This document shows, in pieces, positions 26,366-34,731 of a stretch of DNA of 64,000 nucleotides. This stretch comes from a virus: IMG/VR virus record IMGVR_UViG_3300049489_000321, positions 32,001 to 96,000 of that record, one strand, 5' to 3'. The notes beneath the pieces are model-generated. The model worked only from the letters and a program-made list of their open reading frames with translations, did not search any database and had not been told where the DNA came from. Numbering within the stretch: the first letter of the stretch is position 1; the number at the start of each line of letters is the position of its first letter. Both the position numbers and the translations under genes were made by a program.

Positions 26366-29171
26366 AAGCGAAGAGTCTGCGGCTCCTACCGGTCCTGGTA
26401 GCGGATCTTCTGCACCCGGAGGCGGCCAACAGCGCGCGGGACATAAGTACATAAAACGCACACCAAAGCCAGGTGGCGGATGGGACTATGAATACGCTCC
26501 TGAGCCTGGTCAACACCACGGAATACAAAACACGGCTAACGATGAACACACGCTGTCTATACCGTCTTCCATTAGCGAAGAAACACATAAGCAAGCTTCC
26601 GGTGGTGACAAAAACGCATTAAAACAAGTATATCAACAGTCGCGACAAGCGGCTTCTGATCTTCCTTCTACAAAAGGAACTCACAGAGGCAAACATCCTG
26701 TTACTGGTTCTCCTGTAGAATACGGCGTAATTGCTGACAAAGCCTCTTCAACTGGTCATAGAATTAAGGTATTTGACTTAGACGAAAAAGGCAACCGCAT
26801 AAAAGGTGAGGACGGTAAGCCTAAAAAAGCGTCCTACATAGCCACAGACTGGGACAAAATACATAAGTGGCATAAGATGGCTCCTTTAACTGAGGAGATT
26901 AAAGGACCGGACGGAACTACGCACTACATGATCATGCCTGTAAGCGATGAGTTTGATGAAGAAACCAATAAACCTAAGCCATCTAAAGACGGTCTCAACT
27001 GGCGTCTAAAAGTAATGGATCATGCTGCTGAGCGCGGTCTGTTGGATAAGCGTGGAGAGATTCGAGTTACAGACAAAGACAGTGCTAAAGCACGTCTTAA
27101 AGCTTTACAGAATGGGCATGTCGCGATGCAGCAAAATGCTGGTAAGCAGTCCGCAACAGAACACATCGGCTCTGGAAAGAGCGCCGCAGAAGTTCTAGAA
27201 GGCGGACACTTGCCTGTGAAGGTAGGCACTACTGGTCGTGCTAAGAACTTGTTTAAGGACGACAAGGAAAAGGACGCGTTCATTCATAAACTAGCTACGG
27301 AAAAAGGTGACATGATCCGTGATTTTGCTGAAAAATACGGACAACCTTTGGACGGTGACTTAGAAAACGTAACCGGTGATAAACATTCAAATCTTTATAA
27401 TGCACTAGATATCGTCGCCAGAAACTATCGTCCTGGTGATGGTAAAAATCTTGATGGTCATATTGTTAGTACTATTAACAACATGAATACACACGGACAC
27501 TTTACTAGAGACGCGTCTGGTAAAAGAGTACGTCACCAAGGCATACGTAGTCAAATGTCCATGCAAGGTGACGAAAAGACCGCACAAGCTGCTGATGCTG
27601 CTGCCGCAGGCGTTCTCAAAAAAGAAGAGGGCGGCGGTACTAATGCTGCTCAACAAACAGAAGATGATATGTTAGATAGCATTGACCAACGCAATGCTAT
27701 GATGAATAAGTACAAAGATACACAAACACATAAATTACGTACGTTCGCGTCCCAGTATGCAGACAACAAGGACGTACAAGATTTAATTAATGTACTAAAT
27801 CAAAAGCTTAAAGCAAGTTCTGATCCTTATGAATACCACAAAGATATTTCTAATGGTCTTAGTAATATGGGTCTTTCTTCCCGTATTTCTGACATATTGG
27901 TGCATCCAGACGAGCTAATGGATGAGATGGGTAAATCATTTTCTCACAATAATCCTGTACTATTAGATTTTCACAAGTCTTACGCCGTGTCTTACGCCGT
28001 GTCTAGTATTGTGATGGAAGAAGATTTGGTAAAGGCTACCACTGATCGGTACAGCCATAAAGATGGCTCGTTATATCCTCGTTATTACTACAAAGACGGT
28101 AGAGGAAATTACGTTCGTTACACAAACGCTCCTGACGGAACAGATGATGCTTCGAAATTCTTTGGTGAAGCACAAAGATACTCAGGAGAACCTGACTATG
28201 GTACTAATCCAGAATTCTTTACACCAGATGGTAGAAAGCTAAGTCGTGTTCCTGCTCAAAATGCTCCTGTTGAGTGGAATCGTAGTTACCACCCATCAGA
28301 CACCAAGAATCTTTGGGCTGGTAGATGGGTAAACCCTGTTACCGGTGCGCACGAATACACTTATGTAGAATCTGATTTATTTAATAATGACGTTTTGAAC
28401 GTCCATCGCAATAACGTGGTTGTTGACGCTAGACTTAATGTTTTGCGTAAATACGTAGTATCGTTAATGCAGTCACAGAACCTTAAGGATAAGATCACGG
28501 GTTTAATGCTCGCGTTACTAGACCAAGGTCGTTTTAGAATTCGTGAATTAATATCTTTACGCGTCGGTGATGTACGTAATGAGGGAGACATCTATACTAT
28601 AGGACGACGTAAATGTATGATAGACAACACCATTCAGAACATACTTACTGTCATTACGTCCGGTCGTCAACCACAAGACATGTTGTTCATGGTCCCCAGA
28701 GTTGGTAAAGACGGTGGAGTAGACTATTCAAAGATGCGTCGTCTTGGTCCGCACTACGTTGTTAATATTATTGAAGAAATGGGAATTCCACTACAAGCAC
28801 TAGCTACCTACCACGCTTCCCAAACATATAGCGTAGAGATTCAACGCATGTTTTCTCAACACAATACTTCGTATAATGCCGCACACACGTTCGCATTGCT
28901 TGAAGTTGCTAGTGAGATGGGGCATAATCTAGATAACGTTGAAGACTTCCAACAGGCGATCGAAGTGATCGGACAGACTGTCGTTGACCCAATAGTCGTG
29001 CGTACTATCAAGCAAAACGTTACAGACATGGGAATTGGTGGTCAAGATTACCTGAAAAGACCTGTTCATCAAGCTGTTTACCATGTTGTCTCAAATCTGG
29101 ACGGATTAACGCAAGACGAGCGATTGTTTAGTCAATGGATCCACAGCGCGCCTATCCATAATTATTTATAA
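26343..29171 (+). CDS. multidomain putative virion protein with C-terminal degenerate topoisomerase IB-like domain
   Basis: HKYIKR motif; LALLDQGRFRI, SLRVGDV, LAT.HAS, VASEMGH, VVDP align with TopIB motifs. Confidence 0.65.
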   Translation: MQNNLIIKSEESAAPTGPGSGSSAPGGGQQRAGHKYIKRTPKPGGGWDYEYAPEPGQHHGIQNTANDEHTLSIPSSISEETHKQASGGDKNALKQVYQQSRQAASDLPSTKGTHRGKHPVTGSPVEYGVIADKASSTGHRIKVFDLDEKGNRIKGEDGKPKKASYIATDWDKIHKWHKMAPLTEEIKGPDGTTHYMIMPVSDEFDEETNKPKPSKDGLNWRLKVMDHAAERGLLDKRGEIRVTDKDSAKARLKALQNGHVAMQQNAGKQSATEHIGSGKSAAEVLEGGHLPVKVGTTGRAKNLFKDDKEKDAFIHKLATEKGDMIRDFAEKYGQPLDGDLENVTGDKHSNLYNALDIVARNYRPGDGKNLDGHIVSTINNMNTHGHFTRDASGKRVRHQGIRSQMSMQGDEKTAQAADAAAAGVLKKEEGGGTNAAQQTEDDMLDSIDQRNAMMNKYKDTQTHKLRTFASQYADNKDVQDLINVLNQKLKASSDPYEYHKDISNGLSNMGLSSRISDILVHPDELMDEMGKSFSHNNPVLLDFHKSYAVSYAVSSIVMEEDLVKATTDRYSHKDGSLYPRYYYKDGRGNYVRYTNAPDGTDDASKFFGEAQRYSGEPDYGTNPEFFTPDGRKLSRVPAQNAPVEWNRSYHPSDTKNLWAGRWVNPVTGAHEYTYVESDLFNNDVLNVHRNNVVVDARLNVLRKYVVSLMQSQNLKDKITGLMLALLDQGRFRIRELISLRVGDVRNEGDIYTIGRRKCMIDNTIQNILTVITSGRQPQDMLFMVPRVGKDGGVDYSKMRRLGPHYVVNIIEEMGIPLQALATYHASQTYSVEIQRMFSQHNTSYNAAHTFALLEVASEMGHNLDNVEDFQQAIEVIGQTVVDPIVVRTIKQNVTDMGIGGQDYLKRPVHQAVYHVVSNLDGLTQDERLFSQWIHSAPIHNYL

Positions 29172-29377
29172 TGTTTTTACCAAAAATTACGTGTATTTGC
29201 GGAGATATAGTGGTTAAGTCTACTATTGATGGCACATCAAAAATAAGATCTAAAATATTGTTGCTTAAAAACAACACTGCTTATGCGGTGTGCAAAGGAT
29301 GCGGAACAGAAGTTAAAGTACCTATAAAGGTGAGTAGCGACGCAGTTAGCCCACCTTTGTTTATTAAAAGTAAATAA
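29171..29377 (+). CDS. small Zn-ribbon protein
   Basis: CICG...VCKGCG.EV. Confidence 0.65.
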   Translation: MFLPKITCICGDIVVKSTIDGTSKIRSKILLLKNNTAYAVCKGCGTEVKVPIKVSSDAVSPPLFIKSK

Positions 29378-29404
29378 AACGTAACATTTTTTTAGTTTTT
29401 GTTG

Positions 29405-29433
29405 TTGACTTCACAATTTACCCAAGGTATTAT
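29405..29433 (+). promoter_or_regulatory. sigma70-type promoter of capsid operon
   Basis: TTGACT-17-TATTAT. Confidence 0.65.
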
Positions 29434-29474
29434 ACATAAATACTGGTTTTTAAGCCAGAATGCGCTCCAACTAG

Positions 29475-29523
29475 AGGGAGGCTAAGTACCTTAACTGGTA
29501 GTTAGACCTCCCTATTTTATTTC
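29475..29523 (+). terminator. terminator-like leader hairpin before protease gene
   Basis: AGGGAGG...CCTCCCT long stem followed by ATTTTATTTC. Confidence 0.45.
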
Positions 29524-29526
29524 TAA

Positions 29527-30264
29527 ATGAATCAAGATAAAGACATTTTTAATTTTTGGGTTCCAGCTGAGATGCTTAAAGCGTCTGCCGAATCTGACGG
29601 AACTCGTAGAATTAAAGGTATTGCTAGCACAGAAAGCAGAGACCTTCAAAACGAAGTAGTTGATTTAAAAGGAATTTCTTTAGATTATTTTAGATCACAC
29701 GGCGTATTCAACGATGATCACGGACAGAAAACCGCCGACATTGTAGGAGAACCTACTGAAGTAAAGATTACCAAAGACGGTTTATACGTAGAAGGCATTG
29801 TCTACAAAGGAAAAGAAAGTTCTGACCGTATTTGGGAGCACATGAACAGCCTTGAACAGTCTGGTGCTAAGCGTAAGCTTGGTTTTTCTATTGAAGGCAA
29901 GGTTGTTGAGCGTCAAGGAAACAAAATTAAGAAGTGCTGGTTAAAGAATATTGCAATTACACCGCATCCTGTAAACACAAGCACCTGGGCAGAGATTGCT
30001 AAGTCTTTCGAAGGCGCTAAATGGGTAGACGGTTCTGAAGAAGAGGACAAAGCTATGACAACCGCGTCAGCCGGCGCTCTCTTACCAGAGTCATTAGAAG
30101 GCAGTAAAAAGCCTCAAATATATAAAAGTTTTAGTGAAGTACCTGACGGTGTGGAACTGTCCTTTGAAGATTGCGTACGGACGCTGCAATTGGAGAAGGG
30201 GTGGTCTAAATCAACAGCTGAGGCTGTGATGGACTGTGTTTTCATACAAAAAGGGCTTAAGTAA
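29527..30264 (+). CDS. prohead protease (HK97/herpes-like fold)
   Basis: IKGIASTESRDLQNEVV, NDDH, GFSIEG, IAITPHPVN..TW. Confidence 0.92.
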   Translation: MNQDKDIFNFWVPAEMLKASAESDGTRRIKGIASTESRDLQNEVVDLKGISLDYFRSHGVFNDDHGQKTADIVGEPTEVKITKDGLYVEGIVYKGKESSDRIWEHMNSLEQSGAKRKLGFSIEGKVVERQGNKIKKCWLKNIAITPHPVNTSTWAEIAKSFEGAKWVDGSEEEDKAMTTASAGALLPESLEGSKKPQIYKSFSEVPDGVELSFEDCVRTLQLEKGWSKSTAEAVMDCVFIQKGLK

Positions 30265-30306
30265 GGGCCTGTACAAGAGGCGAGTTCAAATAATCAAGGA
30301 GGAATC

Positions 30307-31272
30307 ATGAGCAATAAAATTAGTAAAGATGCCGTGCAGAAGAGTATCGCCAAGCTACAGGATTTAGCTAAGAGCCAGCTGCACCACACTCCGTCTAACT
30401 CGGAGCCTGGCGTTTGGGCCGGTACTTCGGCTGAGGCGCAGGATGAACACGAAGATGATATCAAGAATGGAACCGATTACGCTGGCGTGCGTAAGTCACT
30501 TGCGAATAAAGTTCGTAAGTCACTAGCGCTAACCCCTGCGGAAGTCGCCATTGCGGAAGGTCGTAACCCACTTCCACTAATCGGAGCGAAGCTAGCGAAG
30601 TCCGAATCGCTAACTTCAGCCGAACAGTGGGCGATGAAGAGTGGTTTTGCCGGCATGAACAAGTCAGCCGGGCAGCCAACCGACGCCGTTAGCGCTCCTG
30701 GCGAAGACGACAGCGCGGAAGCTGTCCCAGAGAGTCACGCTGGTGAAAAGGAAGACGAAGTTATGGCGGATGCCAAAAAGTCACTTCGCTCTGCTATTGC
30801 TGCTAGCGACGAACTATCGAAGGGTCTGGAGCTTTCTCCATTCCTAGCCGAACTAGCCGGTGCGCTAACTGCGGCTCTAGATGGCGTTGAAGCGCGCATC
30901 ACCAAGTCATTCCAGGCGCAGCTAGAAGGCGTTAAAGCCGACCTAGCCAAAGGCCAGAACGATCAGACCGAATTCAACAAGTCACTAGCTGACGCTGTTG
31001 TCGGTATTGGTAAACTAACTCAGGCTCAACAGGAAGTTGTTGCGGCGGCTGCTTCGGCTCCTGCTCGCGGTCCAAAGAGCACTATCGTTGCTAAGTCGTT
31101 CGCTGGTCAACAGCCGTCCGACATGACGAAATCACAAATCGTTGAAGTAATGGGTGACCTTGTTAAATCAAACAAGATCCCTGCTATGGAACTAATTAAA
31201 TACGAATCGACGGGTCATATGTCAGAGAGTGCTCGCCAGGCTGTCCAGGCGCACTTAGCTGGCACCCGCTAA
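30307..31272 (+). CDS. capsid scaffolding-like protein
   Basis: Between protease and MCP; AGGAGG RBS; helical; 14 KS dipeptides. Confidence 0.75.
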   Translation: MSNKISKDAVQKSIAKLQDLAKSQLHHTPSNSEPGVWAGTSAEAQDEHEDDIKNGTDYAGVRKSLANKVRKSLALTPAEVAIAEGRNPLPLIGAKLAKSESLTSAEQWAMKSGFAGMNKSAGQPTDAVSAPGEDDSAEAVPESHAGEKEDEVMADAKKSLRSAIAASDELSKGLELSPFLAELAGALTAALDGVEARITKSFQAQLEGVKADLAKGQNDQTEFNKSLADAVVGIGKLTQAQQEVVAAAASAPARGPKSTIVAKSFAGQQPSDMTKSQIVEVMGDLVKSNKIPAMELIKYESTGHMSESARQAVQAHLAGTR

Positions 31273-31291
31273 ACCGGAAAAGGAGAAATAT

Positions 31292-32734
31292 ATGAACGGA
31301 GTAAGTCTAGCTCATTACAACAGCCAGCCGGTTAGCGGCTTTGGTACTGCCCCTGCTGCTGATGTACAAGAATTGTCAAAGGCCCTAGAGGCCGGCTACC
31401 AAGTGTCGTCACAGACAGGTGGTGGCGCTCTACGCGTCGAATCTCTAGAGGGTTCTCTAAAGGTTGTCTCGTACACTTCTCACCACATCAAGATGTGGAA
31501 GAAGATCCACAAGAGCCCAGCGTACAGCACGGTTGAAGAGTACAACCAGCTAACTGCGTACGGCTCAAACGCTAACGCCTTCCTACGTGAAGGCGAACTA
31601 GCGCCAACCCAGGACTCAACTTACGCGCGTAGAACCGCGTTCGTTAAGTACATCGGCGTTACCCGCGAGGTAAGTCACCCGATGACCGTTGTCCACCCTG
31701 CTCACGGCGATGTTATCGCTCTGGAAAACCAGAATGGTATTCTCTGGCTGCTACAGCAAGTCGAGAACTCACTATTCCACGGTGATTCAAGCCTAGCGTT
31801 TAGCGGTGAATCAGAGCAGTGGGATGGTCTCGATGCTCTAATTGATCCAACCTCGTACCTCGACCTCGAAGGCGACCCAATGCAGGAAGCCGATATTGAA
31901 GAGGCTACTAACCTACTAGTTGAACAGTTTGCGTACCCCACCGACCTCTGGCTCGGTACCCGCAATGCTTCTGACCTAGTTAAGACTTTCTACCCACGTG
32001 AGCGCGTATCGCTCCCAGCTCCTGAAAATGGTCGCGTTGGTATGAACGTTAGCTCGGTGATGACGCAGGCCGGCGTGATGGAACTCAACCCATCCGTCTT
32101 CCTACGTGAACTACCCTCACCTCCTTCGGCGGCTACTAGTTCTAATGCCCCAGCGCAGCCAGCGTCAATTGCTGGTGTTGCGGCGGCTACTGGTACGGGT
32201 AACTTCACTAAGGGTGCCCCATCCGGTACTGTTTACTACGGCTATGCGGTTACTTCATGTAACCGTTTCGGTGAATCTGCGCCTCGCTTCATTGCAGCTA
32301 ACAACGTCGAAATGACGCAAGCTAACGCGGAGGCTCTAGAGTCTATTGCTCTTACGATCACCAACGCGGCTTCAGTTGGAACTTTCCCACCTGAGTACTT
32401 CCGTATATACCGTACTAACGCTCTGCCGACCGACACACTAACCTCAGACGTTGCCGACTATAGTCTTGTGATGCAGGTTCCTGCTGATTCACAGGCTAAC
32501 AGCGGCGTCACTGCGGCTTCTGACGTTAACTTCCTACTACCATTTACCAGCATTGCGTACATGGGTGAAATGACTGAACAGGTTCTAACCTTCCGTCAGT
32601 TACTACCCCTAATGCGTATGGATCTAGCGGTTACTTCACCAAGCTACCGTTGGATGATTCTAATGTACGGAACTCCAATTCTGTTCGCGAATCGCAAGTG
32701 GCTACGTATTATCAACGTAGGTCGCCTAGAATAG
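31292..32734 (+). CDS. major capsid protein
   Basis: LSKAL.AG, GGALRVESLE, STVEEYNQ, E.E.....DSTY.R, E...F.GD, EQWDGL. Confidence 0.95.
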   Translation: MNGVSLAHYNSQPVSGFGTAPAADVQELSKALEAGYQVSSQTGGGALRVESLEGSLKVVSYTSHHIKMWKKIHKSPAYSTVEEYNQLTAYGSNANAFLREGELAPTQDSTYARRTAFVKYIGVTREVSHPMTVVHPAHGDVIALENQNGILWLLQQVENSLFHGDSSLAFSGESEQWDGLDALIDPTSYLDLEGDPMQEADIEEATNLLVEQFAYPTDLWLGTRNASDLVKTFYPRERVSLPAPENGRVGMNVSSVMTQAGVMELNPSVFLRELPSPPSAATSSNAPAQPASIAGVAAATGTGNFTKGAPSGTVYYGYAVTSCNRFGESAPRFIAANNVEMTQANAEALESIALTITNAASVGTFPPEYFRIYRTNALPTDTLTSDVADYSLVMQVPADSQANSGVTAASDVNFLLPFTSIAYMGEMTEQVLTFRQLLPLMRMDLAVTSPSYRWMILMYGTPILFANRKWLRIINVGRLE

Positions 32735-32760
32735 TCTAAAAGACTAGCTTAGACTAAATA

Positions 32761-32796
32761 GCCTCCTAGAGCGGCCAACTGCTCTAGGGGGTTTTT
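32761..32796 (+). terminator. intrinsic terminator after MCP
   Basis: GCCTCCTAGAGCGG-CCAA-CTGCTCTAGGGGGT plus T run. Confidence 0.85.
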
Positions 32797-32813
32797 AGTA
32801 TGTTTTTAACGGT

Positions 32814-32841
32814 TTGTATAAACAAACATCCGTGATATAAT
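32814..32841 (+). promoter_or_regulatory. promoter with extended -10
   Basis: TTGTAT-16-(TGA)TATAAT. Confidence 0.55.
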
Positions 32842-32908
32842 GCTAGATACTGTGTAGGTATTTGCTTAATAGGCATTGTCTACTGGTGTGGTTGTTTAGG
32901 AGTTAAGA

Positions 32909-33466
32909 TTGTCAATTGGAAAGACTGCTCAAGAGGTTTTACGTATTTTAGCAAATAATGCTATGAAAGAACCTTCTGGCAAGAAACTGAAAACTAGGAG
33001 ACCCAAAATGTTAAAAGCTTTTTCACGAAGACTAGCAAATAAAACTGTTGTTATTAAGAATACAGTGTTTGCATTTGATAAAAACGGAAATACTGTAGTT
33101 AAAGACACGGGAAATAGTGAAGAAGATTTTAAAACCCTCATTCGCGTATACAACGCAGTAGACGTAAGTGAAAGAAATTACAAAGAAGCTAAAGAAGTTG
33201 AAAAGACCGCCGAAAAACCAAAGATACTTGAAGCAGTGTCGATTCAACCACCAGAACCTGTTGCGGTGATCACAGTAGAGGAGTCCGTAGTTGAGCAAGA
33301 AACCTCCGATTCCAACAAACAAGAGGACACCTATACCGTTGAACAAGCGACAGGGACTGAAGTCGAGCCAAAGGAATTTGTCGAAACCGAATCAACCGCA
33401 GGAGACACTGTTCCTGCAAAGAAAAAGAGAAGATCTAAGAAAAAGTCTACAGAGACAAAGGAGTAA
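32909..33466 (+). CDS. hypothetical protein (alternative start at 33008)
   Basis: AGGAG precedes both TTG 32909 and ATG 33008; acidic then basic tail. Confidence 0.65.
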   Translation: MSIGKTAQEVLRILANNAMKEPSGKKLKTRRPKMLKAFSRRLANKTVVIKNTVFAFDKNGNTVVKDTGNSEEDFKTLIRVYNAVDVSERNYKEAKEVEKTAEKPKILEAVSIQPPEPVAVITVEESVVEQETSDSNKQEDTYTVEQATGTEVEPKEFVETESTAGDTVPAKKKRRSKKKSTETKE

Positions 33467-33471
33467 AGTAA

Positions 33472-33705
33472 ATGGCTAAAACACGTAAAATTATTGATGA
33501 TTTAGGATCAGAGCAGGTAAAACTACTTCAGGAGCAAGTGAACCGCCTAACGGCTGTTGTTGATGCTCTTTCTGCTGCTGCTGTAACTGCTGCTGGGGAC
33601 GGAGATGCTCTAGCGGTTGCTATTGCTGCACTAGACGTAAGTGACCTAGAAACACTGACTAGCAAACCAACCCTACCTGCTGGTCCTCGTATTCCAACAG
33701 TCTAA
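33472..33705 (+). CDS. small helical putative virion protein
   Basis: AAGGAG RBS, Ala-rich. Confidence 0.65.
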   Translation: MAKTRKIIDDLGSEQVKLLQEQVNRLTAVVDALSAAAVTAAGDGDALAVAIAALDVSDLETLTSKPTLPAGPRIPTV

Positions 33706-33745
33706 ATCACTCGTACGACAAATGTCGTACATTTAGGATACAACT

Positions 33746-34138
33746 ATGTCTCGCAAAACCACCCGTGTCGTTACTGGCAATAAGGGAAAAATAACGCTTG
33801 TAACCAATGCACAGCCGTCTAGTGCTCCGGTTTTAATAGAAGACGGAGTTCAGCTTTCTGGGTATAATCCTGCTCCTGTTCGTTGGTTGCTTAAAATAAA
33901 AGCCTCGTCAGCCGAAGCACCCGCTACGGTTGAAGGAGCTTACATATACATATGGGACGATGGTGTTTGGCTTAAATTTATTAAATTAAACGATGGGAAT
34001 GACATAGTTGTAGGAGCGCAAGGATACGCGGAAATAATCGAGTATCCTGGCGTAGTCAACGCTGCGTCTTTTGCCTGTGATAACGTAGACAACAATATAG
34101 ACGTTATCATGTGTCCATTGTTGGAAATAGATATTTAA
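33746..34138 (+). CDS. putative virion protein
   Basis: Beta-rich ORF in structural operon. Confidence 0.6.
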   Translation: MSRKTTRVVTGNKGKITLVTNAQPSSAPVLIEDGVQLSGYNPAPVRWLLKIKASSAEAPATVEGAYIYIWDDGVWLKFIKLNDGNDIVVGAQGYAEIIEYPGVVNAASFACDNVDNNIDVIMCPLLEIDI

Positions 34139-34731
34139 TGCAACAAGTCTATCAGAACACACTATCTACGGTTATAGTTTATCTGGTGGATTCATCAAAT
34201 GAACCAGCTACTGGTCTTGCTTTTGGTGATGTATCTGTTGATTTAAAAACAAATTCTTCTTTAGTATTTGTTAGTAAACCACTAGCAATAGATACTTGGA
34301 TAGAAGTTGGATTCGGCGTGTACATGTTGTATTTGAGCGCTGAAGAACTGGAAGAAGTTGGTTCTTTGGTCGTTAAAGCCAGTGCTGTAGGAGTTCAACA
34401 GTTTGTTGAAATAATGCAAGTACTACCTTCTTCTGCCTTACCAGACATCTCTGTAGATACGTGTGCCATAACCGGGTACGTTTATGGAGTAGATGGTAAT
34501 CCCGTAGAAGGAGCATCTGTTACAGCCAGGGTACTGGGATTTCCAGCTACTTTTGACGACGTAGCTACGCTGGCTGACATAACGGTTACGGTTACTACTG
34601 ACGAAAACGGTGGTTTCTCTATATCCCTTGTTAGAAATGCTTTAGTAGATATATCTATTGTAAAAGCAAACTATCGAAGACAGCTTACCGTTCCTGACGC
34701 TTCTTCGGCGGTTCTGTTTGGCATTCCATAA
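34138..34731 (+). CDS. virion protein with carboxypeptidase-regulatory-like (Ig) domain
   Basis: ITGYV...DGNPVEGASV...TTDENGGFSISL. Confidence 0.7.
   Translation: MQQVYQNTLSTVIVYLVDSSNEPATGLAFGDVSVDLKTNSSLVFVSKPLAIDTWIEVGFGVYMLYLSAEELEEVGSLVVKASAVGVQQFVEIMQVLPSSALPDISVDTCAITGYVYGVDGNPVEGASVTARVLGFPATFDDVATLADITVTVTTDENGGFSISLVRNALVDISIVKANYRRQLTVPDASSAVLFGIP

Noticed and set aside
27977-28004. 12-bp tandem duplication (GTCTTACGCCGT x2)
   Set aside because: In-frame linker duplication (SYAVSYAV) with no evident function
28200-29171. Integrase (tyrosine recombinase) call
   Set aside because: Second Arg and catalytic Tyr are missing, the N-terminal motifs fit TopIB better, and the context is morphogenetic
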